Shown here one piece after another: positions 10,557 to 19,995 of a stretch of DNA of 64,000 bases. The position numbers were made by a program, and so were the translations under genes. A model generated the notes under the pieces. That model saw only the letters and a list, made by a program, of their open reading frames with translations, searched no databases and was not told the DNA's origin. The stretch is from Candidatus Latescibacterota bacterium (lineage in GTDB: Bacteria > Latescibacterota > UBA2968 > UBA8231), in the NCBI GenBank assembly GCA_965223905.1, contig CBDCXV010000011.1:960001-1024000 (forward strand). The letters run 5' to 3'. Positions within the stretch are counted from its first letter, which is position 1. Each line of letters begins with the position of its first letter.

Positions 10557-12289
10557 TTGAAGCCACCCGCTCTTCCCCTGCTCCTCGCAGTCGCCATGCT
10601 GCAGAACCCGGCCGGCGGCGACCAGGAGCCTGTGGGAACTCCCGCCCCCTCCCCTATCTTCGCCGACGTCACGGCCGCGGCCGGCATCGAGTTCGTGCAC
10701 CAGACCGGGGCCAGCGGGCACCGGTACTTCCCCGAAACCATGGGAGGTGGAGTCGCCTTCCTCGATTTCGACGGCGACGGCGACCTCGACATCTACTTCC
10801 CCAACGGGGCACCGCTTCCCGGATACAGCGATTCGTCCAAACCCGCCAACGCCCTCTACCGCAACGAGGACGGCCGCTTCACCGAGGTGGAGGCCGCGGC
10901 GGGGGCAGGAGATCCGGGGGGCTACGGCATGGGCTGCGCCGCTGCCGACTACGATAACGACGGCCGCCTCAATCTCTACGTGACGAACTTCGGGGCCAAC
11001 GCCATGTTCCGGAACGAAGGGCCCGGATTCGCTGACCTCACCGCCCAGTCCGCCCTGGGAGACACCGCCTGGGGGGCCGGCTGTGCCTTCTTCGACTACG
11101 ACAACGACGGGGATCTCGACCTCTACATCACCAATTACGTGCACTTCGATTTCGCCTCCGTCGATGAAGATCTAGACCCCTACCTGAAGTCGACGAAAAA
11201 GCGGCCCCGGGACGCCGGTGCCAGGATCAGCGCCTACCCCGACCCCGGACAGTTTCCCGGTGCCGAGGACCGCCTGCTGCGCAACGATGCGGGAGGCAAG
11301 TTCGCCGACGTCACCGGCCGTTCCGGTATGGTCGACACCGTCTCCATCGAGGGACGCGGGCTCGGCGTCGTCGCCGTCGACTACGACCGCGACGGTTGGC
11401 CCGATCTCTACGTCGCCAACGACGGCTCGCGAAACTTCCTGTACCGCAACCTCGGCGACGGCTCTTTCGAGGACGTCGCCAGCCTCGCCGGGGTGGCGTA
11501 CGGTCTCGACGGGCAGCGCGAGGCCGGGATGGGAGTCGATGCCGGAGATTTCGACAGCGACGGTTCCGTCGACTTGGTGGTCACCAACTTCGAGCAGGAA
11601 CCGTCCAGCCTGTACCGCAACCTCGGAAGCGGCACCTTCCTGCATTTCTCCTACCCGGCCGGGATCGGGCTTCCGACCCTGCGGCCGCTGTCGTTCGGAC
11701 TTGGCTTCCTCGACTACGACAACGACAGCTTCCTCGGCCTGTTCATCGCCAACGGCCACGTCCTCGACAACATCACCCGCTTCGACCGCTCGCGATCCTA
11801 CGGGCAGGCGAATCAGCTGCTCCGCAACCAGGGCCCCGATCCCCAAGGGCAGGTCCGTTTCAAAGATGTCTCGGCCGCGGCGGGAGAAGGTGTCACCGCC
11901 CGATGGTCAGCCGCGGCACCGCCTTCGGGGATTTCGACGAAGACGGGGACGTCGACCTCCTCGTCGGCAACGTCGGGCAACGGCCCAACCTGCTGCGCAA
12001 CGACCTCGGCAGCAGCAACAACTGGCTCCGGGTGAAAGCGGTCGGCCGCGACAGCAACCGCGACGGAATCGGCGCCCGCGTCAGGATCGCCGCAGGAGAT
12101 CTGCGCCTGGCCCGGGAGGTCAGGGGCAGCTACAGCTACCTCGCTAACAGCGACCTGCGCGTCAGCTTCGGACTGGGAGAGCGGGTAGTGGTGGATGAGG
12201 TCGAGGTGAAGTGGCCTGGCGGCTTGAAAGACCGGTTGACCGGCGTCGAGGCCAACCGCACCGTCGTCGTCGTCGAAGGCGGCGGTTAG
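10557..12289 (+). CDS. CRTAC1 family protein (FG-GAP repeats plus ASPIC/UnbV domain), frameshifted near 11900
   Basis: Signal peptide; ETMGGGVAFLDFDGDGDLDIY; multiple DYDNDG repeats; C-terminus SRGTAFGDFDEDGDVD..NRDGIGARV..FGLG in another frame (one C missing in gcccgatg). Confidence 0.85.
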
Positions 12290-12597
12290 CCGGAGGAAGG
12301 GTTCTGAAGACGAGTCCTGATCCACGCCGGGAGCGTCAGGGACCCATGCCACGCCCCAGGGCCATCCCCGAAAGCTACCGGCACGCCGGCGCTGGTCGAG
12401 GGAAACCGCATCGCCCGCTCCTGGATGGTGATAACGGCTACCAGGGATGGACTACGCCACGAACCACGACTTCTGGCACCCGGTCGAACACGGCCGCTGT
12501 TTTCATAACCGCGCGGGCAGGAGACAAGCCAGCCGTTCGGGCAGGGAATGCGCAATGCCGGATCAACTGCCGGCTCACAAACCACTGGAGGAAGATC

Positions 12598-13332
12598 GTG
12601 AAAATTCTCATCACCTCGGCGCAGAGCGCGCTGGGGCGTGCCCTCGTTGACGAGCTGACCGGCGCGGAAGAGCTGCGCCTTCTGGAGAGCGAGGCCTTCG
12701 ACCCCCCTGCCGGCTGCGAATGCGTGGCCTCCGACCACCTGGCCCCCGCCAGCCTGGAACCGGCAGTGGCCGGTGTCGACGCCGTCGTCCATACCGGGGA
12801 GCTGCCGCTGACACCGCCCCCCGACGATGCCGGGAAGCTCGACTGGTACACCCGAGGAACCTACGACCTGATGGCGGCCGCGGTCGCCGCCGGCGCCGGG
12901 CGCTTCGTGTACTGCGGCACCCTCGACCTGTTCGAAAGCTATCCCGGCAACGTCTACATCACCGAAATGCACCAGCCTTTCCCGCCGGCTTCCGGGGAGA
13001 CCATGTGGCGCTACCTCGCCGAGTTCACAGTACGCGAGTTCACCCGAGACCACGCGATCACCGGCACCTCGCTGCGCCTGGGCACGCTGACCTTCGAGGA
13101 GGATGCCGACGCCACCGCCCCCGACCCCGGCTGGCTCGACCCTCGGGATGCGGCGCGCGCCGTGCGCACCGCCCTGGCCCGCGACTCCAGCGCCGAGCTC
13201 AACTGGGTGCGGCGCTGGCAGGTCCTGCACGTATGCGCCGATCCCCCCAACCCGCGGTTCCTGATCGGCGCGGCGATTCGGGAGGGGTTCGAGCACGACT
13301 TTGCCGCTGTCTGGAAGGGGGGTTCCCGATGA
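12598..13332 (+). CDS. NAD-dependent epimerase/dehydratase family protein
   Basis: GTG start after GGAGG; MKILITSAQSALGRAL (degenerate Rossmann), GVDAVVH, SLRLG. Confidence 0.75.
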   Translation: MKILITSAQSALGRALVDELTGAEELRLLESEAFDPPAGCECVASDHLAPASLEPAVAGVDAVVHTGELPLTPPPDDAGKLDWYTRGTYDLMAAAVAAGAGRFVYCGTLDLFESYPGNVYITEMHQPFPPASGETMWRYLAEFTVREFTRDHAITGTSLRLGTLTFEEDADATAPDPGWLDPRDAARAVRTALARDSSAELNWVRRWQVLHVCADPPNPRFLIGAAIREGFEHDFAAVWKGGSR

Positions 13333-14075
13333 CCACCGCTTCCCCCAGAAAAGTCAAACGGGTCGTCGTCTTCGGGGCATGCGGCAACATCGGCCCCTTC
13401 ATCACGCCGGGCCTGTCGGCGGAGTACGAGCTGACTCTGACCGACGTCGTCCCGCATCCGGACGGTCACCCGGTAGTAACTGTCGACATCCGCGACCCCA
13501 AGGCGGTGAGCCGCGCCTGCGAGGGACAGGACGCAGTGTTCAACCTCTGCGTCGTGCGCGACGATCCGGTTCTGAGCTGGGAGGTGAACACCCGCGGCGT
13601 CGAGAACATCAGCCGCGCCCTGGTCGAGCACGGCATCCGGCGCGTCCTGCACACCGGCCCGCAGCTGGTGCGCCAGTGGTACGACCACGACTTCCGCGTC
13701 GGCGACGTTCCCCCGGCTCCGGGGACCGGACACTACTGCGTGACGAAGTTCCTCGGCATGGAGATCTCCCGGGCGTACGCACGGCAGTACGGCATCGACA
13801 CGGTCTGGTTCCTGTTCAACGGGTTGGGGCCGAAGCCGGACGAGCCCCGCGAGCGGGCGGCACATCCGCCCTTCACCATCGTATGGGAAGATCTCGTCAA
13901 CGCCTGCCGTCTCGCCTTCGAGGTCGAAGAGCTGGAGGACCACTACCAATGGTTCAACCTCAACAGCTACCTCGAGCAGGGGAAGTATCCCGTCGACAAG
14001 GCGCGGCGTATTCTCGGGTACGAGGTCGGAGAGAAGGTGGAGGAGTACTTCCGCAGGCCGCCGGAGGACCTGTAG
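13329..14075 (+). CDS. NAD-dependent epimerase/dehydratase (uronate dehydrogenase-like)
   Basis: ATGA overlap with the previous gene; VVFGACGNIG; YCVTK (YxxxK). Confidence 0.82.
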   Translation: MTTASPRKVKRVVVFGACGNIGPFITPGLSAEYELTLTDVVPHPDGHPVVTVDIRDPKAVSRACEGQDAVFNLCVVRDDPVLSWEVNTRGVENISRALVEHGIRRVLHTGPQLVRQWYDHDFRVGDVPPAPGTGHYCVTKFLGMEISRAYARQYGIDTVWFLFNGLGPKPDEPRERAAHPPFTIVWEDLVNACRLAFEVEELEDHYQWFNLNSYLEQGKYPVDKARRILGYEVGEKVEEYFRRPPEDL

Positions 14076-14285
14076 CTACTGCTTCAACACGATCGAGCCG
14101 ACCACGGTGATCCAGGTGGCGACGAAAAGACCGACCATCCGCCACTGCAGCTGATCCATGCGCAGGTCGAAGCGGCCGAATCCGGCATTCGTATCGGCTC
14201 GCAGCTGGCGCAGATCCTCCTCGACGCGGGTGAGGCGGCTGTCGACCTGCTGGAACACGTCCCGGGTGGTGAGATCCTCGGACAT
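14076..14285 (-). CDS. small coiled-coil protein with C-terminal TM helix (DUF1640-like), paralog B, 69 aa
   Basis: MSEDLTTRDVFQQVDSRLTRVEEDLRQLRADTNAGFGRFDLRMDQLQWRMVGLFVATWITVVGSIVLKQ; RBS GAGGA. Confidence 0.75.
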   Translation of the reverse strand: MSEDLTTRDVFQQVDSRLTRVEEDLRQLRADTNAGFGRFDLRMDQLQWRMVGLFVATWITVVGSIVLKQ

Positions 14286-14296
14286 GCTGGAATTCC

Positions 14297-14572
14297 TCAG
14301 GATTTCAACCAGATTGAGCCGAGGACGGTGATCCAGGTGACGACGAAGAGACCGACCATCCGCCACTGCAGCTGATCCATGCGTTGGGTAAGGCCCTGTC
14401 GCCACTGATCCAAGCGCTGGGTGAGCCACTGCTGAACCTGGTCGATCCGCAGATCGAGGCGGCCGAATCCGGCGTTCGTATCCGCTCGCAGTTGGCGCAG
14501 GTCTTCTTCGACGCGGGTGAGCCGGGTGTCGAGCTGCTGGAACACGTCCCGGGTGGTGAGATCCTCGGACAT
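14297..14572 (-). CDS. small coiled-coil protein with C-terminal TM helix (DUF1640-like), paralog A, 91 aa
   Basis: Near-identical to paralog B but with two extra 11-residue repeats (RIDQVQQWLTQ RLDQWRQGLTQ RMDQ). Confidence 0.75.
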   Translation of the reverse strand: MSEDLTTRDVFQQLDTRLTRVEEDLRQLRADTNAGFGRLDLRIDQVQQWLTQRLDQWRQGLTQRMDQLQWRMVGLFVVTWITVLGSIWLKS

Positions 14573-14590
14573 GACATTTCCCTTTTCGCG

Positions 14591-14619
14591 AGTATAGCTG
14601 TGGGCCCGGCAGTTGGCAA
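14591..14619 (-). promoter_or_regulatory. sigma70-type promoter
   Basis: TTGCCA-17 bp-TATACT, ending 18 bp upstream of the ATG at 14572. Confidence 0.6.
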
Positions 14620-14736
14620 TTCGCAAGAATCGTGCCGCGCCTGAAACCGTATCCCGCACCTGCCGGCGCGAGAAATGCGGCGGTCCACCGTAGCCGATCG
14701 GTAACTCGCTGCCCCGGAGAGGGAACACTCCAAACC

Positions 14737-16692
14737 TCACTGCCGGTCCTCGAGCCGCTCGAGTTCCTCAGAAACCTCCAGCCAGCGCTGCTCGTGTCCG
14801 GGAAGGTCGGCGGTCAGCTCGGCGTGCCGCCTAAGCCATTCGGCAAAATCCGGATCCTTCGGGCTTTCGGGCAGGCACAACCTGCGGTCGAGCTCGGCGA
14901 GCTCCTCCGTGCACCTTTTCAGCCTCGCCTCCGCGGCCGACACCTCCCTGCGGATCTTCTTCGTGCGGTTCGAGCGCTGCTGCCGCTGCTCCGCCTCGCG
15001 CCGTTTCCTCTCCGCCGTCTTCCTCCCCTTCCCCGCGGCCTTCTTCGGCTCGACGGCCTTCGGAGGCCCACCCTGCTCCCGGGCTTCAATGCGCTCGAGC
15101 CACTCGCTGTAGTTGCCGTGGTAGAGCACCGCTTCGCCCGGTTGGATCTCGAGAATGCAGTCGACGAGAGAGTCGAGGAAGTCGCGGTTGTGCGAAACCA
15201 CCAGCAAGGTCCCCCCGTAGGTCGCCAGCCCGTTCTTGAGGGCGTCGCAAGCTTCGAGATCGAGGTGGTTGGTCGGTTCGTCGAGCAGCAGCATGCCCGG
15301 TCTGGACAACAGGATGCGCGCCAGGCTGACGCGGGCCTTCTCGCCGCCCGACAGCACTTCGATCCGCTTCTCGAGATCGCTGCTGGAGAGCCCGAGGCTG
15401 GCGGCAAGGGAGCGCACCCGTACAGGGGCGTTGCCGAAGCTCTGCTCGTCGAGGTAGTCGAGGGTGACGATCTGCAGGGGCAGCTCCTCCATGCGGTGCT
15501 GGGCGAAAAAGCCGGTGCTGACCTGGTCGCTGCTTCGCAGGCTGCCCGACAACAGGGGCAGCTCTCCGGCGCAGCACTTCAGAAACGTCGACTTGCCGGC
15601 ACCGTTGACGCCGACGATGCCGATCTTCCGGCCCCCTTCGATGAGGCACTGCGGCAGCTCGAAAAGGGGATGCCCCGCGCCGTACCCGAAAACCGCCTTC
15701 TCGAACTCCAGCACGCGGCTGGGCAGGCGCCGCTCCAGCTCCAGGCGAAAGCTGGCCGGGCGCCTTGAGACCACCGGCATCGACTCCCTGAGCTCCTCGA
15801 TCTGCTGCTGGTAGTGGTCGGCGGTCTTGAGGCGGTTCTGCGCCTGGCGGGCTTTCGTCGCCTTGGCGCGAAACCGCCTGGCGAAATCCTCGAGCCGCTC
15901 TACCTCCTTCTGTTTGTTGGCGATCGTCGCTTCCAGCTGGTCTATGCGCTGCTGCTTGAGCGTCTCGTACTGCCTGAGCGACCCGGGCCACAGGGTCAGT
16001 TGAGGCGGCGCGAACTCGAGGATGCTGCGGGCGAGACGCTGAACCAGCCGGCGGTCGTGGCTGATCAGCATGAACGAGTGGCGGTACTGCTCGAGGAACT
16101 CCTCGAACCACTTGACCGAGCGGATGTCGAGGTGGTTGGTCGGCTCGTCGAGGAGCAGCAGATCCGCCTCCTGCAGCAGCAGGCCGGCGAGGTGACAGCG
16201 GATCCGCCAGCCACCGCTGAGCTGCACCGCAGGCTGGCCGAACTGACCGGAACCGAAGCCGAGGCCGGCGAGCAGCTCCCTCGCCGTCTGCTCGACCTGG
16301 TGGCCTCCGAGTATGCTGAACTGGTGCTCGATCTCCAGGTAGCGCTCCACGAGCTTCTCGTTCGGGGATTCGGACAGCTGCCCTTCGATCCGGTTCATCG
16401 CCTCGCGCGCTTCGAACCAGGGGGCGAACTCCCGCAACGCCGCCTCGAGAACCGTGTCTCCCTGGCGGGGCAGCCACTCCTGGCGCAGCTGGGCAACGCG
16501 ATAGTTCTTCGGCGTCCTGATTTCCCCCTCGTCCGGCAGCAGTTCGCCGGCGAGCATGCGGAAAAAGGTCGTCTTGCCGGCCCCGTTCGGGCCGACCACT
16601 CCGATGCGCTCGCCGGGGCCGACGGCGAAGCCGGCGTTCCGGAAAAGTACCTGGTCTCCGAACTGCTTGGCGACGTTGTCTATCGATATCAT
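14737..16692 (-). CDS. ABC-F family ATP-binding protein (YheS/Uup-like)
   Basis: Two ABC cassettes (GPNGAGKT/LSGGW/DEPTNHLD; GVNGAGKS/LSGGE/DEPTNHLD), no TM segments, coiled-coil tail. Confidence 0.93.
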   Translation of the reverse strand: MISIDNVAKQFGDQVLFRNAGFAVGPGERIGVVGPNGAGKTTFFRMLAGELLPDEGEIRTPKNYRVAQLRQEWLPRQGDTVLEAALREFAPWFEAREAMNRIEGQLSESPNEKLVERYLEIEHQFSILGGHQVEQTARELLAGLGFGSGQFGQPAVQLSGGWRIRCHLAGLLLQEADLLLLDEPTNHLDIRSVKWFEEFLEQYRHSFMLISHDRRLVQRLARSILEFAPPQLTLWPGSLRQYETLKQQRIDQLEATIANKQKEVERLEDFARRFRAKATKARQAQNRLKTADHYQQQIEELRESMPVVSRRPASFRLELERRLPSRVLEFEKAVFGYGAGHPLFELPQCLIEGGRKIGIVGVNGAGKSTFLKCCAGELPLLSGSLRSSDQVSTGFFAQHRMEELPLQIVTLDYLDEQSFGNAPVRVRSLAASLGLSSSDLEKRIEVLSGGEKARVSLARILLSRPGMLLLDEPTNHLDLEACDALKNGLATYGGTLLVVSHNRDFLDSLVDCILEIQPGEAVLYHGNYSEWLERIEAREQGGPPKAVEPKKAAGKGRKTAERKRREAEQRQQRSNRTKKIRREVSAAEARLKRCTEELAELDRRLCLPESPKDPDFAEWLRRHAELTADLPGHEQRWLEVSEELERLEDRQ

Positions 16693-16949
16693 CTGGAATC
16701 AGGCGAATTCGCTTATGACTGCAGGGCTTTCCGGCTGCCTTGGCAGGGGCCCCTGCGGCGTCCTCTCAACCGGGTACGGCCGGCCCCGACGCCGGTCCCC
16801 CCACCTAACCCGCAGGGGGCTCCCGGCACGGGCCCGGACAGTCCTCAACCTGGGAAAGGACATGATTTCCGGCGCCGCCGGCTTCCTCATGAAATGCCGC
16901 GGTGCAACGATCGACCCGGATACCCGGCGTCTTCCTCGACAGCCGAACC

Positions 16950-17987
16950 CTAGTCCACCCCAGGGCCCCTCCAGGCCGCCAGCTCCTCGTTGAAGGCGAA
17001 CACCTGCGGCAGGCCTCCCGAGTGCAGGAAGAGGAGCGTCCGATCTCCTGCGAACCCACCCGACCTGATGCCGTCGATCAGCGCCGACATCGACTTCCCG
17101 GTGTAGTTGGGATCGAGGATCACCGCCTCGGTCCGGGCCACGAGGTGGATGGCCTCGAAGGCGGCATCGGTCGGTGCCGCATACGCCGGTCCGGAGAAGC
17201 CGTCGACGATCTCGACGTCTTGCGGGTCGAGGGGAAGCGGCAGCTTCATGAACTCCGCGGCCTGCCTGCACCGTTTCACCATCCCCTCGCGGACTTCGTC
17301 GACGTTGCCGGGGCTGTAGAGGACCATCGAGGCTTTCCAGTCGAGCCCGAGGTTCTTCGCCAGCAGACCCAGTCCCGGCAGGGAGGCGCCGACCAGCCCC
17401 CAGACGTGAATCCGCTGGACACCGTACGCCGCGAGCTGGGACATCAGCTCGAGGCCTGCCTCGACGAAGCCGATGGTCCCGATGATCTGGGGGAACCAGT
17501 CCTCGTTGAGGATGTAGGGTTTCCCGCCCTGGCCCCGCACCCTGGCGGCGATGGCTTCGGCGCAGGCCGAGGAATCCTCCCCCGCGGAAAGGCGGTGGAT
17601 CTCCCCTCCCATCAGCTTGACCAGCAGGAGGTTCCCCTGCAGCGGGCGCTCCGTCTCCCCCACGGATAGGAGGATGTAGCGGATCCCGGCCTTGACGCAT
17701 GCCGCGGCAGCGACCCTGGCGTGGTTCGAGTGGAAGTTGTTTATGCAGATCAGGGTGTCGAAGCCCTGGTTCCTCACGTGCGCCATCTCGAACTCGAAGT
17801 GCCGCGACTTGTTGCCCCCGTAGGCCAACCCGGTGGTATCGTCCCGCTTCACCAGCAGGCGCGGACCGCCGATCCTGCTCCGCAGTCTCTTCCACTCTTC
17901 CAGCGGCGTCGGGATGTGCGACCACCTGATGCGGGGGATTTCCGCCAGGTTTGCCCGTATCTGCTCGGGAGTTGTCGCAGGTGTCAT
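16950..17987 (-). CDS. PLP-dependent D-cysteine desulfhydrase/ACC deaminase/cysteate sulfo-lyase family protein
   Basis: PTPLE, VKRDDTTGLAYGGNKSR, SNHAR, LDPNYTGKSM, FLHSGG. Confidence 0.88.
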   Translation of the reverse strand: MTPATTPEQIRANLAEIPRIRWSHIPTPLEEWKRLRSRIGGPRLLVKRDDTTGLAYGGNKSRHFEFEMAHVRNQGFDTLICINNFHSNHARVAAAACVKAGIRYILLSVGETERPLQGNLLLVKLMGGEIHRLSAGEDSSACAEAIAARVRGQGGKPYILNEDWFPQIIGTIGFVEAGLELMSQLAAYGVQRIHVWGLVGASLPGLGLLAKNLGLDWKASMVLYSPGNVDEVREGMVKRCRQAAEFMKLPLPLDPQDVEIVDGFSGPAYAAPTDAAFEAIHLVARTEAVILDPNYTGKSMSALIDGIRSGGFAGDRTLLFLHSGGLPQVFAFNEELAAWRGPGVD

Positions 17988-18105
17988 GGTGGTGCCTTTC
18001 GATAAAAACGTCAGCTGTCGAGATCAATCCGGAAATCGCGAGTCGACCGGGAGGATTGGGGCCTTCCCGGCTTCCACGTTGCAAGGGGAACCCCGCCCGG
18101 CGTCC

Positions 18106-19092
18106 TCAGGACTCCCCGGCAAAGAGCCCGGCCAGGCGCGCCAGCGGCAGGTTGCCCCCACTCAGCACCCCGGCAACCCTCTTCCCCTGCAACTCCTCCT
18201 GCAGCTTGACCGCGGCGGCCGTAGCCGCGGCCCCGGCCCCCTCCGCCAGCTGCCGGGTGTGCCTCGCCAGCAGGCGGATCGCCGCATTGATCTCCTCGTC
18301 GGTGACGAGCACGAAATCGTCGAGCAGCTCCCACATGAGCTGCATGGTCATCGCAAACGGCACCCGCGTCGCCAGGCCTTCGTGCTCGGTATTCATCGCG
18401 CACTCGACCTCCAGCCGTCCTTTCTTCCAGGCCTCCCAACAGGCAGGTGCCGAGGCGGACTGGACGCCGATGATCCGCGTCCCGGGCCGCTGCTGCTTGA
18501 CGGCCAGGGCGATACCGGTGGCGCCGCTGCCTCCCCCTACCGGGGCGATGATCACCTCGACGTCGGGGAAGGCGTCGGCGATCTCCAGGCCCATGGTGCC
18601 GACTCCTGCGATCAGCAGCGGCTCGTTGCCCGAGTGGACGTAGCGCCGGCCCTCGGCCGCGGCGACCCGCTCGACCTCCCCGCGCGCCTCGTCGAAGTCC
18701 CGCCCGAACAGGCGCACATCCGCGCCGAGGGCGCGCATCGCCTCGATCTTCACCGGGTTGGCGTTCCGCTCCGGGGCGTAGATGATCACCGGGATGCCGA
18801 ACAAGCCGCCGGCAAAGGCGATCGACTGCCCGTGGTTTCCGGTGCTCGCCGTGACCACCCCGAGGCGTTTGACGCCGTCGTCGAGGTTCCCCAGCAGGTT
18901 GACGCCGCCGCGGACCTTGAAGGCCCCCACCGGCTGCACGTTTTCGCACTTGACGTAGTAGTCGAACCCGAGCTGCTGCGACAGGGAGTGGGCCTTGATC
19001 AGCGGAGTCGGCGGCAGGTAGGGGGCGATGAAGCGGCGGGCGGCGACCACATCGTCGCGGGTCGGCAGCTCATGGTCGGGGTACAGTTTCAT
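18106..19092 (-). CDS. PLP-dependent threonine/serine dehydratase
   Basis: KCENVQPVGAFKVRG, ASTGNHGQS, PVGGGSG, AEGAGAA, LSGGN. Confidence 0.9.
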   Translation of the reverse strand: MKLYPDHELPTRDDVVAARRFIAPYLPPTPLIKAHSLSQQLGFDYYVKCENVQPVGAFKVRGGVNLLGNLDDGVKRLGVVTASTGNHGQSIAFAGGLFGIPVIIYAPERNANPVKIEAMRALGADVRLFGRDFDEARGEVERVAAAEGRRYVHSGNEPLLIAGVGTMGLEIADAFPDVEVIIAPVGGGSGATGIALAVKQQRPGTRIIGVQSASAPACWEAWKKGRLEVECAMNTEHEGLATRVPFAMTMQLMWELLDDFVLVTDEEINAAIRLLARHTRQLAEGAGAAATAAAVKLQEELQGKRVAGVLSGGNLPLARLAGLFAGES

Positions 19093-19261
19093 CCGGCGCC
19101 CTTCCGCTCTTGTCCGAGCCGGAGACAGGGGTTCGGCATCTGGGGGCCTCTCCGGGGAACCGAGGAAACGGCGAGGATTCCCGACCGACCCCCGGCCGCC
19201 GCTTCCCGCAGGTTGGGCCCGAAAATCCCGGCTGCTCCCGAGGGCCCGGACCAAGTCCCCT

Positions 19262-19993
19262 TCATCGGTTCCTCATGCATTGCTCCGCCGCCTCCAGGAC
19301 GCGGCCGTTGTCGTACGCCCCGAGCAAGCGCCGGCTCCCTTCCGGGTCGGAGGCCGAGGGGCCTGCCGCCTCGATCAGCAGGGGCATCGCCCTGACGACG
19401 TTGTCGACTATGGAGATGCTGGCCAGCTTCGCCGTGCGCGACAGGGGGTTGAGATCGACGGTCACCACCTCCTTGCCGGCGGCGCGCAGCACCTGGCAGC
19501 GGTCGCCATCCTCGAGGGGCACGAAGACCACGTCCGCCCGGTGGATCCCCTCCGGGTGGACGTACCGCCTGTTGGAGTCGATCCCCTCGAGAAAGGTGTC
19601 CGCGGCAGGCAGCAGCACCCGGGTGGCGCCGCTTGCGACCAGCAGCTTTTCGATGGCCCGCTCGCGCTCCTGCGATCTGTGGAACAGGTTGACCTCCAGG
19701 GGGCAGGAGAGGGCCGCGGCGAGCGCCACCAGCCGATCGGCGACAAGGGCCGCGGCGTTGCCGTTGACCGACAGCACCGGCCTCTGCGCGGCCGCCAGCA
19801 TGGCCGCGGCCGCGGCGACCGCCTCCCGGGCGAAATAGTGGGTGCGCTCCCCGAGGAGGTAGTCGAACGCCTCGCCGCGGCCGTGGGCGATCAGCCCGTG
19901 TACCGAGGTCACCCCGCGGTCGACGCCGGCGACGACGGCGTCCCGCAGCCGCAGCGATTCGTAGCGCGGGTGGGTTTCTGGAACGTCGGCCAT
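19262..19993 (-). CDS. pps: 4-phosphopantoate--beta-alanine ligase (archaeal-type phosphopantothenate synthetase)
   Basis: HPRYESLRLR, GLIAHGRGEAFDYLLGERT, PVLSVNGNAAAL, LEVNLFHR, DVVFVPLEDGDR, DLNPLSRTA, IVDNVVRA are the hallmark motifs of COG1701. Confidence 0.93.
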   Translation of the reverse strand: MADVPETHPRYESLRLRDAVVAGVDRGVTSVHGLIAHGRGEAFDYLLGERTHYFAREAVAAAAAMLAAAQRPVLSVNGNAAALVADRLVALAAALSCPLEVNLFHRSQERERAIEKLLVASGATRVLLPAADTFLEGIDSNRRYVHPEGIHRADVVFVPLEDGDRCQVLRAAGKEVVTVDLNPLSRTAKLASISIVDNVVRAMPLLIEAAGPSASDPEGSRRLLGAYDNGRVLEAAEQCMRNR

Positions 19994-19995
19994 GG

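Noticed and set aside
12290-12597. Structured RNA or riboswitch in long spacers (also 2586-2795, 16693-16949, 19093-19261, 63167-63519)
   Set aside because: No recognisable conserved motif by eye; an Rfam/Infernal scan would be needed.
14076-14572. Diversity-generating retroelement TR/VR pair
   Set aside because: Differences are not adenine-specific, both copies are intact ORFs, and no reverse transcriptase is nearby.
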